In this document: in pieces, positions 46,755 through 55,252 of the stretch
Layout of the letters: every line of letters begins with the position of its first letter
Position numbering within the stretch: the stretch's first letter is position 1
NCBI GenBank assembly: GCA_030650605.1
Contig: JAUSDP010000020.1
Location: 13,486 to 77,485 of the forward strand
Source of the DNA: a bacterium
GTDB lineage: Bacteria > Patescibacteriota > Minisyncoccia > Phycocordibacterales > Zambryskibacteraceae
Length of the DNA: 64,000 bases
Direction of reading: 5' to 3'
Translations under genes and position numbers: made by a program
The notes under the pieces: generated by a model
Told to the model about the DNA's origin: nothing
The model's database searches: none
What the model saw: the letters and a program-made list of their open reading frames with translations, nothing else

Positions 46755-47033
46755 TCAACGTGGCAATTGAATCGGAATGCCATATCCCATCTTAAATCGA
46801 TCTCGAATCGTTGGTTCACGTTTCAGTATAGATCGCCATTCAGCATCATCCTCAATCAGCCAGAAATACCGTTGAGCGGAAACGAAGTCACACCCAGTTT
46901 GCTCATGAAAATGAATCGCTGCGTCTTCACATCCCCACCGCGTGTCGTGGTACAACGGATCAAAATATTTCCGTTCAAGATAGCGTCTCAAATTACGCAA
47001 GAGTAGTCTTACTGACTTATGATTTCTCATCAC
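46755..47033 (-). CDS. hypothetical protein
   Basis: 92-aa ORF downstream of the GHKL gene. Confidence 0.35.
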   Translation of the reverse strand: MMRNHKSVRLLLRNLRRYLERKYFDPLYHDTRWGCEDAAIHFHEQTGCDFVSAQRYFWLIEDDAEWRSILKREPTIRDRFKMGYGIPIQLPR

Positions 47034-47087
47034 TCAAATACCTTCTAATAACCGTCACTCACGAAAATTATCAAAGCTGCGATTCAC

Positions 47088-48803
47088 CTATTGACGTGCA
47101 TTCTTTTCTTGCACTCTTGTGGGCAATTTTAGAGCAATCTTCGCTATTTGTTTCGCGTGGTATCCAACTTCTTTTGACGGCACAATGGCAATCTTTGCCA
47201 ATCCTGATAAGTAATGCCGCATCATCCCATTAACGATGAATCCAAATTGGTATTTCAGAATACAGGAGTGGAAGCGTGCATAGAAATTTCGGTCGTGCGG
47301 ATGGCTCTCAATACTACTTTCATCATGGCAGTATTCGTGTGCCATTAATGCCACCAATACGTGCGGGCCGCTCTCACGAATGCCCCTCAATTCCTTTCGG
47401 TTAATCGCAATATAAGAATGTCCATCAGTCCAAGCGTTCATTTGATTCGATACGCCTATGATTATTCGCCGCTTCTTGCGCTCAAAAAGAACTGACATGT
47501 CCCTGTTGTATCGGTTAAGTCCAACAAGAACAAGTTTTTCTTCGGCAGTTAATTCGCTTTCCTTCACAAGCGTATTTAGACCATCCATCTCATGAACGAG
47601 GTCCGAAAATAACACGAAAGTTGGACTAGCGTTTGTGCCGCTTAATGCCCTGAACAAAGACGTAATGACATGTTCAAAATTATCTTCATTACTTTCAAGC
47701 CCACATGTGCGCATGAATTCCGGCATGATGACATTGGCACGACCCAGTTGTTGCACCCGCTCTGCCACCATCGAATGGCGCCCGTTATAGAGCGTATAGA
47801 TATTATTGATAAACAGATCTTTCGGACTACGATTCTCTCCAAATATGTTTGGAATAAACCGGACTGTTTCAATATTTTTACATATGTTATGGTTGAATCT
47901 CTCCCTACTGCCTAAAATCATTTTCATCAACAGATAACACTCGTTGCTATCCAATTTTTTTGCACTGAGAATTCGATTGTTAAATTGTGTTTGTAGCGTT
48001 GCTAGAATGCATTTCCAAACGTGACACTCGCGTCTAAGAATCTCGTTGCGTGCCATATTGACAGTCAGAGGATGCTTAGTAACGATCGTTCCTGTAAGGC
48101 CAAACGTGGATCCCGGATAATAAGTAACGAAGGCACCTCGGTTATATACTTTCAAATTACATTGATCCGAATCAAATTTGTACCAGGCATTCTCATCCTC
48201 CACTGACCACTCAATTTCTAAAGGCGGAGTGTTAATCTGCATCCCATTGACGAAAACTGGTACAGACACGAATTTGACCATCGCTTTGATTGAATTGCCA
48301 TAGTCGCATTCCTCATCAAATCCAGAGAAATCGTGCTGATCATAAAACTCACCTTTGATCACGCACCCAGGCGCTGCGTCCTTGAACGTTGTCAACTCAT
48401 AGCCAAGATCACCACGCCGATGAATATCAACGTGCATGCCGAAAAACCCACTACGCCAATCCGTTTTGGCGAACGACATAATTTGTCCGCGCCCAATGCG
48501 AAATTTGCCGAAATAGGCATCATCTTTTTTGTGCGGCGTCCCAAATATTTCGAAGAAAGTCTCAATTTCTTCTCTCGAAGAAAACCCCTTCCCATTGTCC
48601 GCGATTGAAAATCCAACTTCGTTAATAAGCACGTCTATTCGAGTTGCCCCGGCATCTACTGAATTCATAATCAATTCGCACAAGGCTTTACTGCTACTTC
48701 CAGCCTGTTCTTTGATCAACGTCAGAATAATGGCTGGGTGAACGCCAAATTGTCGCGCTTCAGAAGTATTGTTGACGGTGGCAAGACTGCTTGATTTAGA
48801 CAT
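47088..48803 (-). CDS. GHKL-superfamily (Hsp90/MutL/histidine-kinase-like) ATPase
   Basis: N-box ELIMNSVDAGAT and G1 box ADNGKGF; ATG at 48803 overlaps the upstream stop by 8 nt (ATGTCTAA). Confidence 0.7.
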   Translation of the reverse strand: MSKSSSLATVNNTSEARQFGVHPAIILTLIKEQAGSSSKALCELIMNSVDAGATRIDVLINEVGFSIADNGKGFSSREEIETFFEIFGTPHKKDDAYFGKFRIGRGQIMSFAKTDWRSGFFGMHVDIHRRGDLGYELTTFKDAAPGCVIKGEFYDQHDFSGFDEECDYGNSIKAMVKFVSVPVFVNGMQINTPPLEIEWSVEDENAWYKFDSDQCNLKVYNRGAFVTYYPGSTFGLTGTIVTKHPLTVNMARNEILRRECHVWKCILATLQTQFNNRILSAKKLDSNECYLLMKMILGSRERFNHNICKNIETVRFIPNIFGENRSPKDLFINNIYTLYNGRHSMVAERVQQLGRANVIMPEFMRTCGLESNEDNFEHVITSLFRALSGTNASPTFVLFSDLVHEMDGLNTLVKESELTAEEKLVLVGLNRYNRDMSVLFERKKRRIIIGVSNQMNAWTDGHSYIAINRKELRGIRESGPHVLVALMAHEYCHDESSIESHPHDRNFYARFHSCILKYQFGFIVNGMMRHYLSGLAKIAIVPSKEVGYHAKQIAKIALKLPTRVQEKNARQ

Positions 48804-49500
48804 AGGCGTAAAGTTTAAAAAAGAAGGGGATGTTCTTCGTTTCGCATGCGCTACGTAATGCACTGACCCAACTCATTTTCATTGGCCGCGCATGGGGGCC
48901 AGATTCACCTCCAACCACGATCCAATCCAATGTTTCACCGAATTGACCATGTGTCTCAGGCAGAGATACGGGACCAAGTAAGGGCTCCATACTCAACCAA
49001 CGCGTTGCAGCTGGCGTACCCAATAACTTTGCTATATCGCGGTCTGCTTCATCTTGGTTAACCACAGAGATACCCAACCAAACATTCGAATAGCCACATC
49101 CCCAATCTGCCGGAAGCATGTCTGCCACATTACCGATGCGCTTGGTGAGAATCAACCAATCCAGATTTGGTGTTGATCTGACGAGTGCCCAAAGATCATC
49201 GCGCCAGGTTGTATCAACTCGATTATCAAATACGTCGGAGAGTGAGGCGCAAAAAACACGACGCTTACGACCATGCATCGCAAAAAAATCGGGATGCCCG
49301 GAATTCCAACGAATTGGTAACTTCCAGTTTGCGGCGCTGGTACGTTGACGAGTTTCCTTCGGGCCCCAGACTATCTTCATAGTGCGTGATGGAGTGCTTA
49401 CTTCTGCATAGCAGTGATCGCATCCAGGCGAAATCTTGGAGCATCCAATCCACGGATTGAAAGTGCTATCTGTCCAAGAAATATTTGTTTCAGCGGCCAC
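48796..49500 (-). CDS. phage Gp37/Gp68-family protein (DUF5131, three-Cys motif)
   Basis: ISWTDSTFNPWIGCSKISPGCDHCYAE matches the family signature WTxxTWNPxxGCxxxSxGCxxCYA. Confidence 0.75.
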   Translation of the reverse strand: MAAETNISWTDSTFNPWIGCSKISPGCDHCYAEVSTPSRTMKIVWGPKETRQRTSAANWKLPIRWNSGHPDFFAMHGRKRRVFCASLSDVFDNRVDTTWRDDLWALVRSTPNLDWLILTKRIGNVADMLPADWGCGYSNVWLGISVVNQDEADRDIAKLLGTPAATRWLSMEPLLGPVSLPETHGQFGETLDWIVVGGESGPHARPMKMSWVSALRSACETKNIPFFFKLYAYV

Positions 49501-49553
49501 TGTTTTTCCTAATGACGTAGGGGGGTCGGAGTAATCAAATTATTGATTAAAGC

Positions 49554-49988
49554 TTATGCAGCTTTCAGGGTGACTTTTAATTCGATGCCATTCGCCGCTG
49601 GTAATTTGATGACGTCACCTGGTTTAGCGTGGATGTGATGCCTACCTTTTGAAAGCACCGTTCCTTGTTCCAGTATTTGATATTCGATGACGGCATCAAC
49701 GTCAACAGTGCGTGCGCTTTCGTCTTGAACGTATATGACCTTACCGGACATTCCAGATTCAATTTTTACCTGCTTATATTGAACTTCACCAAGATTCGAA
49801 TTGACTTCGTTGGCAATACTTTGTGATGCTATCGCCCCAAAGAACGCTTCACTCCCTGGCCGGGTGGTCACTTCGAATTGTTTTATTGGTTCCTTGCCTT
49901 TGTTGGCGGTAATTTGGAATTGCACACCATCTTGTGCACTTGCTGCGACTGCAAAAAAACAAAAAAACACAGAAATTAACTTTTTCAT
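49554..49988 (-). CDS. periplasmic/secreted protein
   Basis: Signal peptide MKKLISVFFCFFAVAASAQ. Confidence 0.45.
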   Translation of the reverse strand: MKKLISVFFCFFAVAASAQDGVQFQITANKGKEPIKQFEVTTRPGSEAFFGAIASQSIANEVNSNLGEVQYKQVKIESGMSGKVIYVQDESARTVDVDAVIEYQILEQGTVLSKGRHHIHAKPGDVIKLPAANGIELKVTLKAA

Positions 49989-50099
49989 CTTAGCTCCGTT
50001 TTACCCCAGGGCTCGCGAGGTGCCGATTGAGCGATTGCTCGGAATTTTTCACAGCGCCTTTTCATAATGTGTCCGTAGCGTCCCTATTCATACTGAGCT

Positions 50100-51620
50100 C
50101 TATTGCTTCATACGAACAACATTACGTTTCTCAATCGACTCACCTTCATCCGTACTTTCTGGCTTACTACCTTCGGATACGTGCCATCCAGGATCAATTG
50201 TTTCCGTCGTATTTGACTTGAATATATCAAGGCCAGCTTCAGCTTCTATTTGAATAGAGTTGTATCGATAGTCTGGATAGAACTGAGACAAGTAGCGACG
50301 ACAAATGGAGTCATATACTTTCGCTTCGTCGCCAGTTAGCGCGCTCTTCGGTGGGACATTGCCAGTGGGAATAATGGCGTGATGCGCAGAACCTTGATCA
50401 ATTAATTTTTGTGCATTCCAGCATCCTGAGACCTGAGACAAATCAGCTTTTGCTGTCAAGCCAGCTAATATTGGTGCTATATTCTTCAAGATATCAGTTG
50501 AATCGGCGTGTTGTGACTCAGGCACATGCCGCGCATCGGTTCCGATGTAACTAATCGCCTTATGTTTTTCATAGAGTCCTTGCGCGGCCTTGGCTACTTG
50601 TTTCGCGGTCATACCGTGTTTCTTACCCACGGCTGAGCCCAGCGCACTCCCAGAAAAAGGCAAAGGTGGCGGCTGTTTCTTCTCTTCGATAGTGGCTCGC
50701 GTGATAGTCGTAGCCACGTGGGCAGCTAGAATATTTTTTAGAATAGCCTCGGCAACTTGCTTGTCGATAATTCGTCCATGCGCATCGATACCGAGCATGC
50801 TTCCACCTTCTTTACGCGACTGCCAGGCCAATTCGTGCCCACTCTCCAACGTGATAACGGGCACGTAATAGTCTTGCTTCACGAATTTTTGAATATCAAG
50901 CGTTCGTTTGACGACGAGTCGTGTCACTGGCGTGCGCACACGCCCCACAGGAACAACCGTCTTGGCCGATATTGAATAAGACCTAGAACCTGCCATGCCT
51001 ATCATCCAATCAGCCTTAGCTCGGCACTCGCCAGCAAAACGGCCTTGAACAAATTCAGACTCTCCATTCGAGCGACGCGGGGCATCTATAACGCGACGCA
51101 AGGATTTATCGTCCAGACTGGTAATCAGTACACGCTCAACAGGCTTTTGCGAGCCGTCAGGATTTATTCCGGCCCACTCAATGAGTTCGTCGGCCAAATA
51201 TTGCCCTTCGCGGTCAATATCTCCCGCGTTGACGATAATTTTGGCGTCTTTTAAGAGCTTCGTCACAATCGCCAATTGCGGCATCGGCACAGGATCCCCG
51301 CTACGACTCAGCTTAATGCGTCCTTTTTCATCACGCTCAGACTTTGGACGTTTAATCCATTTCGAGTCTTCCACCATTAAATAAGGTATCGCTTCTTTCG
51401 CGAAAAATTTTCCCTTGAGTGCTTCTGGTAAGTAGGCATCAGGTTCAGCTTGCTCAACCAAGTGCCCTATCGCATGCGTGACAATATCGCCGTTCTTCAA
51501 CAGGTAATAGCCTGGGAACCGTTTATCAACACCGAAATATTCTGCGAGGGCTTTTGCCACAGACGGTTTTTCTGTGAGCCAAGTTCTTGTCACCATTAGA
51601 TTAGGCTTCTCCGCAGACAA
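50100..51620 (-). CDS. N-terminal 506-aa portion of a type IA DNA topoisomerase (Topo III-like): Toprim plus catalytic-Tyr domains, lacking the C-terminal third
   Basis: LMVTRTWLTEKPSVAKALAEYFG (Toprim start), NAGDIDREGQ, AISYIGTDARHV (active-site Tyr region), HHAIIPTGN; ends where the 33056-33709 fragment begins. Confidence 0.7.
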   Translation of the reverse strand: MSAEKPNLMVTRTWLTEKPSVAKALAEYFGVDKRFPGYYLLKNGDIVTHAIGHLVEQAEPDAYLPEALKGKFFAKEAIPYLMVEDSKWIKRPKSERDEKGRIKLSRSGDPVPMPQLAIVTKLLKDAKIIVNAGDIDREGQYLADELIEWAGINPDGSQKPVERVLITSLDDKSLRRVIDAPRRSNGESEFVQGRFAGECRAKADWMIGMAGSRSYSISAKTVVPVGRVRTPVTRLVVKRTLDIQKFVKQDYYVPVITLESGHELAWQSRKEGGSMLGIDAHGRIIDKQVAEAILKNILAAHVATTITRATIEEKKQPPPLPFSGSALGSAVGKKHGMTAKQVAKAAQGLYEKHKAISYIGTDARHVPESQHADSTDILKNIAPILAGLTAKADLSQVSGCWNAQKLIDQGSAHHAIIPTGNVPPKSALTGDEAKVYDSICRRYLSQFYPDYRYNSIQIEAEAGLDIFKSNTTETIDPGWHVSEGSKPESTDEGESIEKRNVVRMKQ

Positions 51621-51930
51621 TCAAAGGCACGTCTTTGACAAATTCAGCAAAAGCAATTATTTCGCGTTGTCTCAATTCACCTTCGATCACTTCAATGACG
51701 TCATTCGAATTTATATTAATATCGGTTTCAAAAAATTCTGTTCGTCCGTCTTCGTGACTAATGGAGTAATCAATAGAAAGGCGTCGACTAACGGCATCAT
51801 CCAGAATTGTTAGTGACCCTCGCACGGGTTGTTCTTGACCGACTGGCTTGGTTCCCCATTGAAAATGCGTGTGTCGCTGTCTCTCGCGAGGGATTCCGCA
51901 TTTATCAAAAAAGCCTGTAATGGTTAGCAT
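51601..51930 (-). CDS. hypothetical protein
   Basis: 109-aa ORF overlapping the topo start by 20 nt. Confidence 0.3.
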   Translation of the reverse strand: MLTITGFFDKCGIPRERQRHTHFQWGTKPVGQEQPVRGSLTILDDAVSRRLSIDYSISHEDGRTEFFETDININSNDVIEVIEGELRQREIIAFAEFVKDVPLIVCGEA

Positions 51931-51982
51931 AAAATCTCCTTTTAATTATCGAATGATAGTATATATACGAACTAAAAACAAT

Positions 51983-52225
51983 TCAATTTGAAGGACTTCG
52001 AACCAATGCACTCAACTGAATTTCAGACAATTGAGAGATTGCGATATTTGTCCAACCGCTATAAATCATAAGCCCATACACATCGGCAAGTGCCTTGACG
52101 TTGGGGCCCAAAGTCAACCCACCTTGCTCCAATTTTCTCCAAAGATTAATGGCCGCTTCAATTTCTTGAATTGAAAAAGTAACTTTTTGGGTCACATTTC
52201 CAGCATGAGTCGTTAGCATTTCCAT
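51983..52225 (-). CDS. small protein, DUF3717-like
   Basis: FSIQEIEAAINLWR motif. Confidence 0.4.
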   Translation of the reverse strand: MEMLTTHAGNVTQKVTFSIQEIEAAINLWRKLEQGGLTLGPNVKALADVYGLMIYSGWTNIAISQLSEIQLSALVRSPSN

Positions 52226-52243
52226 TATTAGTCCTTTTTTGTT

Positions 52244-52801
52244 TTAGGCGCATCCATACTGTTTTTTTCCGTCAACAATTCTAAAACGTCCCCCACGCGG
52301 TCCAACGAGACAATCAGAAACGTCAGTTGCAACAAGCCCAGTTTTTTTATGGCGATAATCCCAGGGCGGCACGGGATCAACATCATGCCAAAGACCGATA
52401 TGTCCATTTTTTGCTTGCAATTGGAGAAGTGGCAAAGTCACGTCATGGTTATACCTTGTGTAGACCCAGGCCAAACCTCGTTCAACTTGAGCACGATTTA
52501 CGTCAATTCCACCGCATTGCACAATCGCGATCGTTCTTTTTTTCTCGCGAATAGTTTGTTCCATTCCTGTTACATGCACGATAGCTTCTTTGCCATAGCA
52601 CATGTCGGATAGTGATTTTTTTGATGCTTGACCAAAAGCTTGTGTTTTCTCCGGCGCATCGACATTTGCTAGTCGAATCCTTAACGGACTACCGTTTTCC
52701 ATCACGTCCAGTGTGTCACCATCCAACACGCCAATGACTTTGCTTGCATAGCAGGGAAAACAAAGCAAAGCACCTACGATGAGCACATAATATTTTTTCA
52801 T
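52244..52801 (-). CDS. nuc: secreted thermonuclease (staphylococcal nuclease-like)
   Basis: Signal peptide; VLDGDTLDV ... RLANVDAPE ... AFGQ SNase core. Confidence 0.8.
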   Translation of the reverse strand: MKKYYVLIVGALLCFPCYASKVIGVLDGDTLDVMENGSPLRIRLANVDAPEKTQAFGQASKKSLSDMCYGKEAIVHVTGMEQTIREKKRTIAIVQCGGIDVNRAQVERGLAWVYTRYNHDVTLPLLQLQAKNGHIGLWHDVDPVPPWDYRHKKTGLVATDVSDCLVGPRGGRFRIVDGKKQYGCA

Positions 52802-52901
52802 TTTTGTGTAATTTTTCTAAATTCTAGCCGCCGCCCCTCAGTGGGTCGCTGAGCCAATATGCAGTGCACGACGAATATTCACTTTCCTCATGCGCGAGCG
52901 A

Positions 52902-53396
52902 TCAGGCAATCACCCCTTCAAAAGAACATTGAAAATTTGGCGACGGATTAATGTCGATAAGCTTCATCGGCGAATATTCCTTCAATTTGTGACGCCACAA
53001 GATATCGCTCTTTTGCGCTTGCTCACTCAATACCATTGTCGGCATTGATCCAAAAGTTTCCAAGACAACTTGGATAACAGAGACACTACATAAATCGGAG
53101 CAAACGTCTGGCCAAATTCTAATTTCGGCAGAATTGACATCGACCGCTTGACCTTCAAACTTTTTGAATTCACCATGCAACGATTCCAGTGTCGGCCCGA
53201 ACTTCCAAAGTGAAAATGATTCACTGGAAATAAGTGGGCGACTAAAATGATCTAACATGACACGATGTGCCACATACATCAACTTGATCAATTTGAATCC
53301 ACTTAAAGAAATGCCACGTTCGGCCGCAACTATAAGAAAAGTTTTTGCAATTGCTCTAGTTTGAAAGTTGATTTTTGCATTCATCGGAATCACCAT
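52902..53396 (-). CDS. Panacea-domain (DUF4065, SocA-like) putative antitoxin
   Basis: FKLIKLMYVAHRVMLDHFSRPLISSESFSLWKFGP matches the DUF4065 core KLxKLLYxA ... G.PL....F.AW..GP. Confidence 0.55.
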   Translation of the reverse strand: MVIPMNAKINFQTRAIAKTFLIVAAERGISLSGFKLIKLMYVAHRVMLDHFSRPLISSESFSLWKFGPTLESLHGEFKKFEGQAVDVNSAEIRIWPDVCSDLCSVSVIQVVLETFGSMPTMVLSEQAQKSDILWRHKLKEYSPMKLIDINPSPNFQCSFEGVIA

Positions 53397-53492
53397 TGGT
53401 TTAGAAAAAAAGTATTTCGATGAATTAACAATACAGGAAATTTTGACCGTGTCAAATTTAAGGATTTAATTCGGGTACAAATGAAAGCTTTT

Positions 53493-54179
53493 TTATGAGC
53501 ATCCATACGTAAAATTAGTATTTTGATGCGACTCTTCTTCACATCTTAATTTGAGCAGGAACGATAGTTCGCCAAGGAATCGTTCGGCGGCAAGGTTAGA
53601 CGGCCATGGAGACCAGGGTGCGCAGTCATATATTTTGACAAGTGGATCGACCACCAAAATAGGATGCATGATACCAAGTACATCACGTACTTCGTGATGC
53701 GTCCATCCTGCACAATGGACTGCTTCGGATGCAGCCGCGATCAAATCGGCACGTTTGTGAATAAGATGAATATCTGGACGCCATGCCGGCAGGTCATAGC
53801 GAGTACAAATAGCTGACATTAGTCGGTCACTAACATCTTTGAAGGGTTGACCAAGAACACCCTTCAAAGGTGAAATGCAATCAAATCCAATAAAGCCTTC
53901 CTCTGCATCATGTAGAAGTTCGTGAAGCGCTTCCTCAGGCGTCAGTGGCGAATTGGACCATTCGCGACGTAGTGCAAGAACTGTCAAGCAATGTTGGGCT
54001 ACAGAGAGGGGTTCTGTCCATGCCGACTCCCCTCCCCAGCGATAAGTACGCGAAAGGCGTATTGCAAGGTCTGAATCAAGCCAATCTTCAGATGATGGGT
54101 TGATAAGATCAAGGCGCAGACCCGAGGGCAAACGTGTCCATGCTCTTGGTCTTGCCGCGCCAATTTTCATTTCTCTCAT
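53493..54179 (-). CDS. HD-domain phosphohydrolase, YfbR-like (5'-deoxynucleotidase family)
   Basis: SVAQHCLTVLAL ... ALHELLHDAEEGFIGFD parallels YfbR HSxxVA ... LLHDxxExxxGD. Confidence 0.5.
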   Translation of the reverse strand: MREMKIGAARPRAWTRLPSGLRLDLINPSSEDWLDSDLAIRLSRTYRWGGESAWTEPLSVAQHCLTVLALRREWSNSPLTPEEALHELLHDAEEGFIGFDCISPLKGVLGQPFKDVSDRLMSAICTRYDLPAWRPDIHLIHKRADLIAAASEAVHCAGWTHHEVRDVLGIMHPILVVDPLVKIYDCAPWSPWPSNLAAERFLGELSFLLKLRCEEESHQNTNFTYGCS

Positions 54180-54343
54180 GCCTTAATGGTTCAAATACCC
54201 TCAATCTATTCCAAGCATCAGGGATTTAAACGTTTACCCTGCGTAACGGTTGATTATTGAAAATATCAACAGCATCGAAAACGAAAAAGCGATAGGTCGC
54301 AGAAACACAAAAAGCAAAGCAATATTCATATTTTCTTCCGTGC

Positions 54344-54682
54344 TTAGGATGGTGAAACGACTTCGACTTCGTAAGATTCAAACAAAGACTTACAAAGATC
54401 ATGATCCACAACGCTGCCCGGATCATAAATGGAGGCATTCGTATCCCATGCTTTAATAAAATGGTCTGATTCATCTTGGTCAGCTACCAATATATCCATT
54501 TGACAATTTGTCGTAGCGCCCTGGACGACACCCCCGGCAGCTCCGATAAATACTTTTGGCACAAACGAATTACCGCTCAAAATATTTTTACATTCGGCTA
54601 TTTGTCTATCAAGATTGCGAAATGAATCAAAAAAAATGGAAAGTGCCGTAACTTGCACATCCGTTAGTTGAATTAATTTCAT
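54344..54682 (-). CDS. hypothetical protein
   Basis: 112-aa ORF. Confidence 0.3.
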   Translation of the reverse strand: MKLIQLTDVQVTALSIFFDSFRNLDRQIAECKNILSGNSFVPKVFIGAAGGVVQGATTNCQMDILVADQDESDHFIKAWDTNASIYDPGSVVDHDLCKSLFESYEVEVVSPS

Positions 54683-54687
54683 GAATA

Positions 54688-54906
54688 TTATCCTCGCGGC
54701 CCAAAGCTACATTCATCAGAATTCTCATCATCATCGTCATTCATTAACGATGGCAAAGCATCAAGATGCATTTTTATGTTCTGAAATCTACTATCCAAAG
54801 TAGACGATGACAAATCCACGGTCACACCAGGTACATTTGATAAATGACCGGAAAATTGCGCAAAGATATTGTTTGCCTTAGCTTTGATAGTTTGTAGATT
54901 ATTCAT
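54688..54906 (-). CDS. hypothetical small protein
   Basis: 72-aa ORF. Confidence 0.3.
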   Translation of the reverse strand: MNNLQTIKAKANNIFAQFSGHLSNVPGVTVDLSSSTLDSRFQNIKMHLDALPSLMNDDDDENSDECSFGPRG

Positions 54907-55186
54907 GATTTGACTCCTCGATTAGTACACAAAACGACTCAATCAGAGCGATCATTTTTAAAACGACCCCACTGAATGCCACACGACCAGCGCTCAAATC
55001 ACTCAAAAAACTGGCGAAAATGAGCGCTTCTTCCTTGAACTCGGCAAGTATTTTCTTATCCTGTTCCTCGCATCTTTTTGCGGCATCCAATTCAGCATTT
55101 GAAATCATGCTAAAAACTTTATCAAGCCGCGAAATAATGGCTGAAAAATTCACTTCCGTGACCACCATTGAGTTTTCCATTTTCAA
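54899..55186 (-). CDS. hypothetical small protein
   Basis: 95-aa ORF overlapping by 8 nt. Confidence 0.3.
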   Translation of the reverse strand: MKMENSMVVTEVNFSAIISRLDKVFSMISNAELDAAKRCEEQDKKILAEFKEEALIFASFLSDLSAGRVAFSGVVLKMIALIESFCVLIEESNHE

Positions 55187-55252
55187 TTACTTTCTTTACG
55201 CATATTACGTACTATACGATAAATAAACTACAAATATAATCTATTTGTAAGC

